Below, in pieces: positions 13,601 to 26,631 of a DNA stretch of 64,000 bases; the first letter of the stretch is position 1; each line of letters opens with the position of its first letter. Position numbers and translations under genes: made by a program. Source of the DNA: Eledone cirrhosa (Eukaryota); NCBI GenBank assembly GCA_964016885.1, contig OZ024743.1:123628001-123692000 (forward strand), written 5' to 3'. The notes under the pieces were generated by a model. That model saw only the letters and a program-made list of their open reading frames with translations. It did not search any database and was not told the DNA's origin.

Positions 13601-15852
13601 CCCTGTGTACATGAGAAATCAAAGCGTAAGTATTTTTTAAACTTACTGAAATATTCTAAACAAAAATACTAACAGTTTCCTGTATGTAATTTGCTATAAG
13701 GAAATGCTTGACTTTTAGTAGAAGACTGAAAGCCTATCAACTCTTCTATGTCCTCTATGTGGAGAAACCAGTCAGTATGATAATTACGACCGTCTCTCAC
13801 AGTCGAGTGTGATATGGTAAATTGTACTAATCTCTCGTGCACATATAACCATGAACAGACACAAATACTCTCTCGACTTGTCCACGCAGAACCCAGCAGA
13901 AATTCCATGATATGATAACTTAGAGGGAAATATGTCTGCACCAGCACTGGCCTGGTGTTTTGAGGGGGTTTTTTCTTTACTCCGTAAAGATGAAATGCAC
14001 AATGGCCCTTGGTGGTATGTGAACACAGAAATCAAATAACTGAAACAAATATCGCATCATATTTTATTCAACACTCAAAGGCCTCTGCAAAACGACCGCA
14101 TTAACCATTATAATTCACACAAAATATTCGGAAGCTCCTACATCATGTAATTGCTTATTATTCATAGAGATATCCAAAAAAAATGTTTTTTTACTATAGT
14201 TATGACTATAGTTATGTGGTGCGACAACGTTTAGTTTTCGAACTGCTTCATGACATTATTTATATTAGAAATGTCTTTCTGTTCCTATTTTTCTAACCCT
14301 AAAATCTTTAAACTTAATCCCTACATATAAACTAATTCAATAAAGAACAAAGTCCAGAATGTTTTACTTCTATCAGTACAACACTGTAGTTAATGCGTTA
14401 TATATTCATTACCTTCTCCTTCATTGCCTTCCTTTAAAAGCCACATTACTAACATTGCAGATGATCTGGTGGCTCTAATGTCACTTTCAAATGAAATGAA
14501 TAGCTTTGCCAGCGGTTTCTTTAACATATAGAGGAGTCTATTTAAAACTTTCACCCAAGCGTAAAAAAGTGTGATAGCGAAATGAGATCTGTTCTTTGGC
14601 ATTGCATTGATTTATATTTTCCAAGATTATAGCAAACAAGAAGTAGTGTGCAGTGAGTTCCTCTCCGTGACCTGAGTTCGAATCCCAGTTTAAATGTTCC
14701 ACTTCACTGATACCGTCAATATAGTTGTGAAAGGCATGGACATCACAATATTCCTTCTTATTGCGCTAATAATAGACATTGTGCATGTATGTATGGACCC
14801 GTAACTCCTGGTGGAGTCGTGGGGCACCGTACTGCGCAGTGTTTGTTTGTTTTTAAATCCTGGGTTAGCCCGTCCCTCTTTAGGTTTGAACACACTAGAT
14901 ATCGTTCAGTGAAGGAAAGCGTCTTATAGAGGGGAAGTGACAAAGAGATATAGAGAATGACCCGATCCTAGTATTGGAGTGATACCATTTCATCGACCTC
15001 GAAAGGATGAAAGACAATGTTGACTCTGGAGTGATTTGAACTTAGAACGCATAGAGCCGAAACGAATGTCCCAAAGTATTTTAATCTGCTAACTAATCTT
15101 AGCATCTCTCCATCTCTGACGAAAGTGAAAGTCTTCTTCGCTGAACGGAGACACTTGCAGTAACTAATCCAACGGTAGATGCTGCCCAAATTTCAAATTA
15201 CAGGCTAACATTATGTTGCAGATATAAAAACTTGTCATAGGAAATTCATTACCAACAGGTAAAATAATCATTCACTTGAAACTAGGGACTTGAGTTAGTA
15301 CATCACGAGTTACAGTGGGCATATGCAAGTGTTACGCAATAGAACAGGGTATCCGCCATCAGCAGGAATTCGTTCGATAAATACGACTTCGATCTTGCTA
15401 CAAAGAGATTGCTAGTGACGATAACACATTAGTAGTAGTCGGCACTGCAGTGTCACTTGATATTAAATGAGGAAGGTCACTTAGGAAACTTTTAGTCTTG
15501 AATTCAAGGAGTGGATAGAATACAGAGGTATTTACAACATCAAAAAAAAGCTCTCGACTAGTAAACATAAAACAAATTAACCAATAAATCTATTAATCGC
15601 TTATTTAAAACTAGGTGAACAATATTATATTGAGTATATATCGAATCTGAAGCTGCAATAGGGTAGATACCAGTCGAATTATTTGAGGCAATTCCAAAGC
15701 ACTCAGTGGTGCGAAAAGTTAATAGGTTTCTCAACCAGAGTAAACACATAAGGGAGACACAACAAATATATTGATCAGGTGTATGTAGCTATAGTATATA
15801 ACTCTAACAACGACGGATACCAAATGGAAAAATAAATGCGCATATATATATA

Positions 15853-16015
15853 TAACAAAGAGGGTGTGGTAAGATACCAGATGGACCATAACGCACCAGA
15901 GTACTCAATACTTAGGGTAGTAGAGTGGGTAATAGGAAAAGAGTCAGAACTCCGTTCGGATCTAGCTGTAAATACGGTCGGAGCTCAGACGTCTGGGTCC
16001 TGACTCTTTTCCTAT
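15853..16015 (-). mobile_element. (TA)n-flanked mini-element family F, with degenerate terminal fold-back
   Basis: Shares ggaccataacgcacca.agtactcaatacttagggtagtagagtg with the copies at 20475 and 58976; ataggaaaagagtcag / ctgactcttttcctat are inverted. Confidence 0.85.
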
Positions 16016-16064
16016 ATATATATATATATATAGTTATGTAATAAACAACATAAAATAATTATTA

Positions 16065-16118
16065 CATTTACCAGTGGTTTCTTGAAAGCAGATATATCTG
16101 TTTTCAGTCGTCAGAATG
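16065..16118 (-). ncRNA. Type I hammerhead ribozyme motif
   Basis: catt-CTGACGA-C-TGAAAACAGAT(AT)ATCTGCTTTCA-A-GAAA-CCACTGG-TA-aatg: 4-bp stem I, long stem II, stem III ACC/GGT, GUA site; ~35 nt from a (TA)n tract. Confidence 0.8.
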
Positions 16119-16557
16119 AATAAAACATGGTGTTTTTATTAAATATGGATTTGAAAACAAAATATAAGAAATATGAAAGTGAGGCTGAGGAAACAACGGG
16201 CGAAGAAGAAGAGAAAAAGAATACACATATATATATATATATATATATAAAGAATACACATATATATATAAAAACAATAAATATATAAACATACACACAC
16301 TCAACCACGCGCATATACTTAAAAAGTACGTAGACGTATACTGTATCACATAAGCGTATATGTATCTACAGACATGGACAAAATATATACACATACATAT
16401 ACATGATGTAATAAGAATAAATAAATAAATGAATAAGAACAAAAAATACAAAGTCAAAAATAAAATAAAGATAAAGGATGTGTTGACAACGATAAGCTCT
16501 GTAGCCTAGATAGAACACTCTTTTTTCCTGTACCTTTCCGACGGAATTACTTTTATT

Positions 16558-16644
<87 letters not shown>

Positions 16645-16835
16645 AAACAGGGAGAAAGAGACGATTATTAGGAAGAAAAATATTTTTTTTTCCCTTTTTA
16701 TTTCTCTCTCTCTTTTTTATGGGTTAGAAAATGATTAAAATGAAATGTTTTACTTTTTGTCAAGTGTTAAGGTATTAGTTGATTTATTTATTATTTAACA
16801 ATGGCATTTATTTATCTATTTATATATTTAATAAT

Positions 16836-16880
16836 TGTCTATTACCGGTTTCAGAATTCTTATGCATTATCAAATGATAG
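16836..16880 (-). ncRNA. Hammerhead-like motif with U3/A8 core
   Basis: cat-TTGATAA-TGCATAAGAATTCT-GAAA-CCGG-TA-ata; palindromic stem III ACCGGT; stems I and II are weak. Confidence 0.45.
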
Positions 16881-17340
16881 TGATATGTATTAGTGTAGAA
16901 TGGTGGTGTTGCACATGTTAAAGAAATGGTGCAGAAAGAATAATGTTATTTACAAACAAGGTTTATGAAGTGAAAAGAAAAAAGAAAAACGAAAAAAGAA
17001 AAAAGAAAAAAGAAAAAAGAAAAAAAAGGAGCGTAATGTAGAGCCTAAAAAGTCAATGTGAAAGAAAAAAATAATGTTATTTACAGGCATAGTTCTTGAA
17101 GTTAAGCAGATCAAAATGTGTTAATATAACAAGGGTGCTTAGTTGATCCATGATCCCATCATGGGGGCAAATGGTGGACTGAGGTTTGGTTCAATTTTTC
17201 ATTATATATAACACACGCTCACACGGCTTCCATCCTTGGAACTTAACTTAACAACCGGCTCAACCCCGATCTAATCCGCCGTGACCTTTCTCCGAACTTT
17301 ACACACCTTCCCACACTTTGTCTTTCCTTCCACGCATTCT

Positions 17341-17377
17341 TCTCACCTGAAGAAGGGCTTATGCCCGAAACGTCGTC
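17341..17377 (+). ncRNA. Minimal PLE-type hammerhead motif
   Basis: CTGAAGA-A-GGGC(TTAT)GCCC-GAAA-CGTC; stem I only 2 bp; AATAAA and (TA)n follow downstream. Confidence 0.65.
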
Positions 17378-17825
17378 CCCCACCTACCCCCCACTCTCCT
17401 GAGCGTGAATTTAATAAACATTTATTGTACTGCCTCTCTGTTCTGTCCCTGTTCAATTTTTCATTATATATATATATATATAGGAAAATAGTCAGGACCC
17501 GCGACGGCTGAGCTCCGGCCGTATTTACAGCTATATATATATATATATATTAGATATAATAACTATGTTAGCAAGTAAAGATATGCATATGCTATAGGCG
17601 TTCTTTGTTGTTGATTATATTACGGCTCTGTCCTCAGACATCGAGCTAACCTTATACTGCCTATTGGATAAGTGGAGTGTTATACACCCCTGATCCTCTC
17701 CCTTATATAATATATATTAGATATTAATTTAACAATGAAAACAATAATAAAGGAAAGTTATTTTACCTATTCATATCATTGTTTTACGATCATTTCGGAG
17801 GGTTTGATCATATTGACATATTGCG

Positions 17826-17896
<71 letters not shown>

Positions 17897-17899
17897 GTA

Positions 17900-18406
17900 C
17901 GAGTGTGCTTCAGAAATCATATGCAGGGGTCTTGATCTCAATGCCCCTATATGTTCCCGTACTGACGTGTCATAACATGTTCGAACATGAAACATGAACC
18001 CTTAAATGCATGTTGCAACGTGGCGGTGCCAGTTGGAAGACAGCACCCGCTCGAGCAACATAGCCTCCATCAAAACATCAAATTCAAATTCATGGTGAAG
18101 CTAGAGTGGATAACGAGTTTATGGAACAATGCCCCAAAGAAATCAACAACCTACAAATGGATAAGTCGTTTTAGAAATGGAAGAGGTGAGGTTGAAGATG
18201 GTCCCCAGTTGAAGATGTAAACAAAACTGCTTTGACATAGTTTAAATCGCATGTCCCTCAGTTTTACACAGATTGACTTAAAGGCTGGTATTAACGCTTA
18301 CAGACGTGTATTGACCTAGAGGGAACATATGTTGAAAAATTAACATCATAATTTAAACCATTTTTTCAAACTGTCCTTTTTCCACGAACCTTTTGAAGCC
18401 CACTCG
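17900..18406 (+). mobile_element. Second deleted mariner derivative
   Basis: TA-flanked; imperfect TIRs cgagtgtgcttcagaaa / ttttgaagcccactcg; peptides IKFKFMVKL, YKWISRFRNGR.EVED and C-terminal CIDLEGTYVEK-stop. Confidence 0.85.
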
Positions 18407-18512
18407 TATATATATAATCCAAGGAAATAAGGAACGAACAAATAAGAGGATGCAAGAACATGAACATAAAGTGTATTAGTTTCACGCTTGGAGAAAGAAG
18501 AATGAGTTACAT

Positions 18513-18550
18513 AGTCAACGTATCGGGCATCTGCTCTTTATCAGGAATAG
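18513..18550 (-). ncRNA. Degenerate hammerhead motif in a probable PLE 3' end (~18420-19280)
   Basis: CTGATAA-AGAGC(AGAT)GCCC-GATA-CGTT; two core substitutions. Confidence 0.4.
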
Positions 18551-19299
18551 CATAACAGGAAAGTGCAAAGAAAATAAAAATGAATATAAATAATAAAAAA
18601 AGTTGTTAAAATAAAATTAGAAATAAAATAAAGAAAAAAGGAGAGGGGAAGGAAGGAAAGCAGTGGTGGGTGGGCGAGTGATCCGGCGATTTGGTGTGGG
18701 GGTTGGAGTGAGGTGAGCAGTCATGCAGTGTGAGTGTGTGTGTATAAGTGGGTTGCATATTACGATGCGTTTGCGCGTGTGTAGGTGTTAAATGTGTTGT
18801 TGGTGGCTGTGTGTCTGTGTGTGAATGTGTGTGAATGTGTGTACACACGCGCACGCACAGACACGCACACGCACACACGCACACACGCGTACACGTGAGT
18901 TTGATAAGTGTTTTGGGCGGAGATGTGTGGTTGTTGGTGTGTATTGTGTGATTGCATGTATAGGTACATGAGTGTACGCGTGTGCGTGCGTGTGAACGGG
19001 CGTAGTAAGGTGGGTTTTCGAGTCTAGTAGGGTCCAAGATGGGTAGATTCCAGGTAAGTTTGATTCTAAGTCGGTTAGATTCCAGGTTGGTAAATCTAAA
19101 GTTGCGAATGGCCGTGGTAAAATGGAGGAGATAAAGGAATTATGGGTAGTTGCAGGGAATATGTGGGTGCATGTGAGGGGGAGATGGTGGTAGCCGAGTT
19201 GTGAGAAAGAACGAGGGCGTCGCTAGTGTTATAGTCAGCGGTCAGATCGAGTATAGGGGAGGGAGGTTGAAAGTCAGTGTGACCGAGTAGGCGCCGTAC

Positions 19300-19540
19300 G
19301 TAGGGGTGGTGGTGGCAGTGGTGGCATTAGTGGTGCTGGCATTGGTAGTGATGGTGGTATTGGTGGTGGCGGTCGTGTCATTAGTGGTGGTGGCATTGGT
19401 GGTGGTGGTGGTGGTAGTGGCGGTCGTGGCATTAGTGGTGGTGGTGGCATTGGCGGTGATGGTGGTGATGAACGCGATGGTGGTGTGTGTATATGTTGTG
19501 TGTGGTGATGGTGGAGGTGGTGGTGGTGGTGGTGGTAGTG
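19300..19540. repeat. (GGT)n-rich low-complexity tract
   Basis: Degenerate ggt/ggcatt repeats; source of the spurious poly-Pro/Thr/Val ORFs. Confidence 0.9.
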
Positions 19541-19683
19541 CTGGTGATTCATGCGCGCGAGGATGTACAAGCCCGCAATATAGATACGCGTAGACATGTG
19601 TGGCAGGGTGGAGTGAGTTAGTAATGTCGGCTGGTTGTGTGTGTATGAAGTTAACCACGCACGCATTCGCTCAGTGTGTGTGC

Positions 19684-19739
<56 letters not shown>

Positions 19740-19867
19740 TACAGAGTCAGGTTCGATCAATAATAGGTCTTTCCTCGAGCTGATCGATAGTGAAACATAT
19801 GTAATATGTTATTAAATATGTTATGATACAACATTGAATCCTTGTTCCTTTATTGTTATAGTGTATG

Positions 19868-19915
<48 letters not shown>

Positions 19916-20210
19916 ATCAAAAGATGGTTAAAAGAGTTCCAAGTATTTTATTATGCGCATTTCAAAAACAAATATCATCATGGGATGATATCTGCGTTCT
20001 CATCAGATAAAATAGGGAGACATGATATGAAGCTTAAAAAACACTTGTGAATAGTGAAGTTTTAAATCAACATATGAAAAATAAATTAAGATTGATGTAT
20101 GAGATTGGGAAAAGTGAGGGGAGGTTGGAAAAGGTAAGGAAGAGGATGAGATGAGAGTAAAGGATGGTGGGGAGGAGTATAAGAAGGAAGGATGAGAGAG
20201 GAGGAGAGAT

Positions 20211-20273
<63 letters not shown>

Positions 20274-20437
20274 TTTACAACTGAGAAAAATATATTTATT
20301 GTTTCACAGAGAGAAATTAAAAAGCCGTTGGAAGGTAATAGATAATTTAAAAGATTTTGAAATTAAAAGTTAATGAGGTTTATGCATGAAGAAAAAGGGA
20401 TTAAGAATAGTATTGTGCTACAATAAAACTCACCTCC

Positions 20438-20474
<37 letters not shown>

Positions 20475-20476
<2 letters not shown>

Positions 20477-20660
20477 CGAAGGAAATGTGGTAAGGAACCA
20501 GGTGGACCATAACGCACCAAAGTACTCAATACTTAGGGTAGTAGAGTGGGTAATAGGAACGAGTAGGACCCCGACGGCTGAGCTCAAGCCGTTTCGATGG
20601 CTAATTCTTTTACTTAGCCGTCGAAACGGCTTGAGCTCAGCCGTCGGGGTCCTACTCGTT

Positions 20661-20665
<5 letters not shown>
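20475..20665 (-). mobile_element. Family F mini-element with a 52-bp-arm hairpin containing a hammerhead 3' half
   Basis: Arms 20553-20604 and 20614-20665 (1 mismatch); GAA-ACGGCT(TGAGCTC)AGCCGT-C reads as GAAA, stem III and GUC; (TA)n on both sides. Confidence 0.85.
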
Positions 20666-20751
<86 letters not shown>

Positions 20752-20972
20752 GAATAATCGAGTATCGAAAAATCGGCGCACGAGTTCACGATAAACAAAA
20801 TTCGAAATGAGCGGCAGAGGGCTCAATAATTCAGATAAATCAGAGCTATAACTATCGTTAAAATACCGACACACATAGAACATGTCTAAAATCAACCATA
20901 CGACCGAAAAATTACGATCTGGAAGATTCGGGACACTCAGATAAAATATCAATAAATCAATAAATCAAATGA

Positions 20973-21118
<146 letters not shown>

Positions 21119-21274
21119 TGAAGTTGGAAATAGCACGGAAAATATATGTTTTTCTTTTTCTTTTTATCCTTTCTTTGATTCGTCAAAGTCACATTATTGA
21201 AAAGATAACATTATTGAAAAAATGAGAGGGACAATTCTTTTAAAAACAGTTTTATAATGTATATAAAGTATATA

Positions 21275-21325
21275 AAGTATTACCGGTTTCGATGTATTGT
21301 TAAAATTCATCTTATCAAATGTTGA
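21275..21325 (-). ncRNA. Hammerhead-like motif with U3/A8 core
   Basis: cat-TTGATAA-GATG(AATTTTAACAATA)CATC-GAAA-CCGG-TA-ata; good stem II with G-C base, palindromic stem III. Confidence 0.6.
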
Positions 21326-21654
21326 GTATTGAAATTTAAAATTAAAAAGAATTAATAGGAGTTAAAAACTAAAAATTAAAGATTTAAAATTAAAATTAAG
21401 TGTTGGAGTAAGTTTTTTCCCATCTTTGGATATACAATATACATTCCAACCACCTATCTAGGATACGCAACGTGAGATTCCATGAGGCTCTGCTGTTAGA
21501 CCTACCGTCTGGGCTGTTTAGTTTCCCCCTTCCTCGGGAATAGGACCCACACCTCAGGATCACGCCGGGATCGTTAGCTGACAGATATATTCACGTCTAT
21601 CTTCACGAATAGTAACACGTGTATTATCTCTGACCGAAACATTTCTTCTTTAGA

Positions 21655-21847
21655 TAATAATTGTTTCTACTTTTGGCACAAGGCCAGCAAATTCCCCAGT
21701 GCAATACTGGTACTCTATTTTTTCGACCCGTAAGGATGAAAGGCAAAGTTAACCTCGGCGGGATTTGAACTCAGACCGTAAAAGAGCCGTAACTCATTGC
21801 TGCAAAGCATAGTGTCCAACCCTCTACCGAAACTGCCAATCCACCAT
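21655..21847 (-). mobile_element. SINE family A, near full length
   Basis: Matches the family consensus; tagataataa on both flanks suggests a TSD. Confidence 0.9.
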
Positions 21848-22476
21848 AGATAATAATACAAAGAATTCTCCCTTTCCTCCTTGCATAAACAAATCTGATA
21901 CATTTCTTAGCATATTCTATATCTCTGTACGATTATCAATTTTCTGATACATATTAGGCGTTGTCATAGCTTAATCTTGGTACTTTTCGCATATCCCACC
22001 TTTTTGTTTGTTCTTGTTTGTTTTGGGGGTTTTTTTGTCTTCTGTGCCATTTACTTTACGCTTGTGGTCTATTTCTTATTTATTTAATGGTCATCTATCT
22101 TCATCCTTAATTTTATTTTATTTTACTTTATTCTGCTTTATCCTATTTTATCATTTATATATGTCAACACTAATTCTCAACTAATGTGTATTGTACTACA
22201 TACTGGCGAGACTGTTTATATTATAATATATTATCAAGAATGCCACTACTACTACGGTCACCTATCTAACTAAGGTATCGTCGATGCTGCTTGGACTGTT
22301 ACTGTTGCTGCTGTAAACAAACCCCTACTGCTAAACCATCTCTGAATACATTGTTCCTAAGCAAGTGGACGGCAAATCTCTGACCATGGCACCACTAAGT
22401 AATTCACAATAGCTTGATAATATGGTGGTGGAAATCCCTCTGAGCAATAGCTAGTGGCCTTCTATATCCTTTCTGT

Positions 22477-23295
22477 CAGGACATTAAAATTATCTCTACA
22501 TGATGGAGCCGACAAATATATAGTGAGTTAGAAACTCAGAGTAGTCTCTTACAATTAAATAGCTCTAATAAAAAAGCTTTTCCGAGCCGTACAATATAAT
22601 TGAATAAACAAGAGAGATGAACACTAATATAAACATACATGTGTTCTAATCGTAAGGACCAAGTTTGCTAGGGTGAAAAAAAATACTAATTACAGCAATA
22701 TGGTTTGTCAGACTTAATTTTAAATATTAAATTAAGAAAAATAACAGACCTATATTGGGCAATCGCCTGGTTACCAGGTGATTGCCCAATATTAGTGTTC
22801 ATCTCTCTTGTTTATTCAATTATATTGTACGGCTCGGAAAAGCTTTTTTCCTAGAGCTATTTAATTGTAAGAGACTACTCTGAGTTTCTAACTCACTATA
22901 TATTTGTTGGCTCCATCATGTAGAGCTAAATTTAATGTCCTGTTAGCCAGGCTGCTATTTTTAGCGGCATGGAATTTCGAGACATGCTGGGTTCCGAAGA
23001 CACGTGTGCTAATTCTTATCGCAGGCAATTTAGTCTATAATATTTTTAGAAGTGGAAGGATCACTAATTTCTCAACAACTACTGAGGAGCAGAGAAAAGA
23101 GTCAACTTTACTTAATAAGATGTTGCGTAACAGTCCCCAAAACTGTCTAGTTGTTACCAGGCGATTGCCCAATATAGGTCTGTTATTTTTCTTAATTTAA
23201 TATTTAAAATTAGGTCTGACAAACCATATTGCTGTAGTTAGTATTTTTTTAACCCTAGCAAACTTGGTCCTTACGATTCGAACACTTGTATGTTT
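22477..23295. repeat. Complex inverted duplication of a PLE terminal region (A, B, hairpin, A', C, B')
   Basis: 22477-22630 is the reverse complement of 22789-22942; 22631-22771 is the reverse complement of 23156-23295; 20-bp hairpin at 22752-22792. Confidence 0.9.
23074..23155 (+). ncRNA. Type I hammerhead motif (GAAA changed to GTAA)
   Basis: aacaacta-CTGAGGA-GCAG...TTGC-GTAA-CAGT(CCCCAAA)ACTG-TC-tagttgtt: 8-bp stem I, 5-bp stem III, GUC at 23145-23147. Confidence 0.8.
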
Positions 23296-23315
23296 AAACT
23301 AATGAAGATTTTGAA

Positions 23316-25219
23316 ATGTTAAATAGAGAAGCTTCTGAAATAATTCATAAATTAGGCATCGAAAATAGGACCGAACCCTTTATACCTAGAAGACCGAAAA
23401 TTAACCTGAAAGACCACAAAAGAAACTTTGAAATAGAACTACCAGTCAGACTTATAGCACCATCTAAATCAGACATAGGCATAGTTAGTAAACATATATT
23501 AGATAGAATCATACCGCAACTTAAAGAAATATCTTATCTAAAACTATGGAACGGTACTAACGAGGTTATAGATTGGTTCAATAACATAAAATTTAAACAT
23601 AACAAAAAATTCATTCAAATGGATATTGTAAACTACTACTCCTCTATTACTCCTAGTTTACTTAATAAAGCTCTTATCTATGCATCTAAACATACAGATT
23701 TATCTAGTGAAGAAATGCATATCAGTTTAACTGCACGGAAAACTTTAATTGAATTCAACAATCATCTCTGGACAAGAGCCGATAGAAAAAATAATTTTGA
23801 TATGACTGTGGGATCATCTGACTCGGCGCAGATAACGGATTTTGTGGGGTTATTTTTTAATAATACACTGCATAGAAAAATATCAGAGATGACCGGTGGT
23901 TTATATCGTGATGATATGCTGCTTTTAATTGAAAATCATAGTAATTGTGAAATTAATAGGAAAAGAAAATCCATAATACAATTCTTCAATAACTACAACC
24001 TTAAGTTAGAAATAGAGAATAACTATAAAATTGTTAACTTTTTAGACGTAACATTAAACCTTAGCACAGGGCTCTACTATCCATTCCATAAAATTAATGA
24101 GAATCTAAACTATGTAAGTTTTAACTCAAATCACCCTAGATCTATCAAGAACACTATTGTCAATTGTGTCCAACAACGGATTTCACGCATCTCCGCTAAT
24201 AAAAACATTTTTGACGATAAGGCTGAATATTATAATGAAGCTTTAAATAGAGCAGGGTATACAAATAAGATTAAATGCATCGACAACAATAATAAGGCAA
24301 ATAACCCTACTATTAATTGTAATAATAATAAAAAATATTTTAACTTAAACTCTAAAACTAACAGAAGAACTAGAACTAGAAATATTATTTGGTACTCACC
24401 CCCATTCTCATTAAGCGTTAAAACACCTTTAGCAAAGCTATTCTTTAAAGCACTAGATAAATGTTTTCCTAAAGCCCACAGATACCACTCAATCTTTAAC
24501 AGACATACTATAAAACTATCCTACTATACTACTATGAACATAGCACAAAATATAAATAGAATTAATAATAGAAACTTAAATTTAAACCCTAACCAAAATA
24601 AAGAAATTAGCAGTAATATTTCTAGCAATATCCAACCTAATAGTACCGTTCCAAACAACAACAACTCCGCAAAATGTAACTGTAGAATTAAATCAAACTG
24701 TCCTTTACAAAATAAGTGTTAGATAAAAACGTGGTCTATAAATGCACAGTTAAAACTAGGGATAATATATTTAACTATGTCGGTGCCACTTCTACAGAAT
24801 TTAAAATTCGCTGGAATAACCACAATTTTTCTTTCCGAAGATTTGATAAAAAATCTTCAACTTCTCTTTCAAACCTGATATGGAACTTAAAATGCAAGAA
24901 TATAGACTATTCATTAGCTTGGGAAACAGTTTCAAAAGCACCCACGTACCGTAACACAACTTTATCTAGATTCTGCAAATTGTGTATTGAGGAAATTTTT
25001 TATATACTTAAATGTAAAAACTCTATTAATCTAAGAATTAATTTATTTAATTCTTGTAGACATTGCCAGATTTCAACATTCAGAACTATATATAACTTAA
25101 ATTATACTTATATATTAATTTCCATAACAATCTCATCTACTTTTAATATATTTATATCTCTAAATCATAATATCTCTAAAATTTGCTGTAACTTCTACTT
25201 CTTAAAAATGTTCATATAA
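23316..25219 (+). pseudogene. PLE reverse transcriptase-GIY-YIG endonuclease ORF, one frameshift near 24720
   Basis: QMDIVNYYSSI, FDMTVGSSDSAQITD, GGLYRDD, VNFLDVTL, WYSPPFS, CNCRIKSNCPL, VVYKC...YVG, FKIRW..H, CKLCIEE, CRH. Confidence 0.93.
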
Positions 25220-26271
25220 TATATACGTATATACGTATATAATTCTAATTTTTTAATTTTTTAATTTTAATAATTTTTATTTCTTTAATTTTTATTTCTT
25301 TAAAAATTACTTATATCATAAAAATTACTTATCTCTTAAAAATTTTTTTAAACAATTTTTTTTTTTTTAATTTTCTCAAAATATTTTTTCAAAATTTCTT
25401 TTCAAACTATTTTTAAATTTTTTTTTTAATTAATTTTTACAAATTTTTCATTATTTTTCATACTTTTTCTATATTTTTTCAATATTTTTTCAATATTTTT
25501 TTCAATATTTTTTCAATATTTTCTCAATATTTTTTCAATATTTTTTCAATAGATTAATAACCACTAACTGATTCTGGCTAAATGTATCTTAAACATCTAT
25601 ACTTATTTTGACTAAATAGTTTCACACTAACGAATAAATAAATAAAACCGGAGTTTTTTCCTTATCTTCCCTTTTCAATCATGTAAATATAAATATTCTT
25701 ACTTAACTCAGTAAATTTAATTTAATTTAATTTAACTTAATTTTAAATCATTCTCAATTTTAACTACATATTTATTTACATAAAATACAAAACCAATCTC
25801 CCTCATAACTCATTAGAACAATTATCTATAACATGATATACCCATCTATTTATTTATTTATTTATTTATTTATCTACTTATAACATAAGAAAAATATTAT
25901 ATTATAAATAAACTTTAAACAACTAATAGTCGTAAAATATCCCTTTAATATAAATACACATACTATTAAGATATATACTTACATATATGCATAGACAATT
26001 GTTCGAATATATTTCCCTCAAATTAACGTTTTTTATTCATCTTCCCTTTTTTCTTTCTTCTCTCTCTCTCTCTCACTATTTTGTCCTTCTCCTCTTCTCT
26101 CTTCTCTCTCTCGATAGTCGTTTAAATAAACGGTTGTTTTTCAATTATTCATTTGCATATTCACCTATAAGTTTGAAAAATCCCTAATACATTTCCACTA
26201 TCCAGAGAATATCCAACTGATAAGGTATGATTTTCCTGGGTATGTCTCTATTTATAAAACAAACTTTGTAT

Positions 26272-26447
<176 letters not shown>

Positions 26448-26493
26448 TAAAACAATGAAATTAAACACAAAACTGTTAATTCATAGTAAAAGA

Positions 26494-26631
26494 CATTATT
26501 TTACGATCGTTTCTGGGCGGTAGTCGTCTGCATGTTCATTTAATTATTGATCTATGTAAAACATATTACAAAATATGATAGTGAGAAAAAAATACACACG
26601 TCTTCACTACCCGCCGTCTTCAGAAATAATG
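26494..26631 (-). ncRNA. Hammerhead with expanded stem II in the PLE2 3' pLTR
   Basis: cattattt-CTGAAGA-CGGCGGGTAGT...~80 nt...ACTACCGCCCA-GAAA-CGATCG-TA-aaataatg; 8-bp stem I, palindromic stem III ACGATCGT. Confidence 0.8.

Noticed and set aside
13669-14035. 92-aa and 83-aa minus-strand ORFs
   Set aside because: No recognisable motifs; lengths compatible with chance.
19242-19666. Pro/Thr-rich mucin- or formin-like ORFs
   Set aside because: Produced by the (GGT)n tract; open in several frames with no domain.
24716-24722. Programmed frameshift or two-ORF organisation in PLE1
   Set aside because: PLEs normally have a single ORF; loss of one T (tgttta to tgtta) explains the break.
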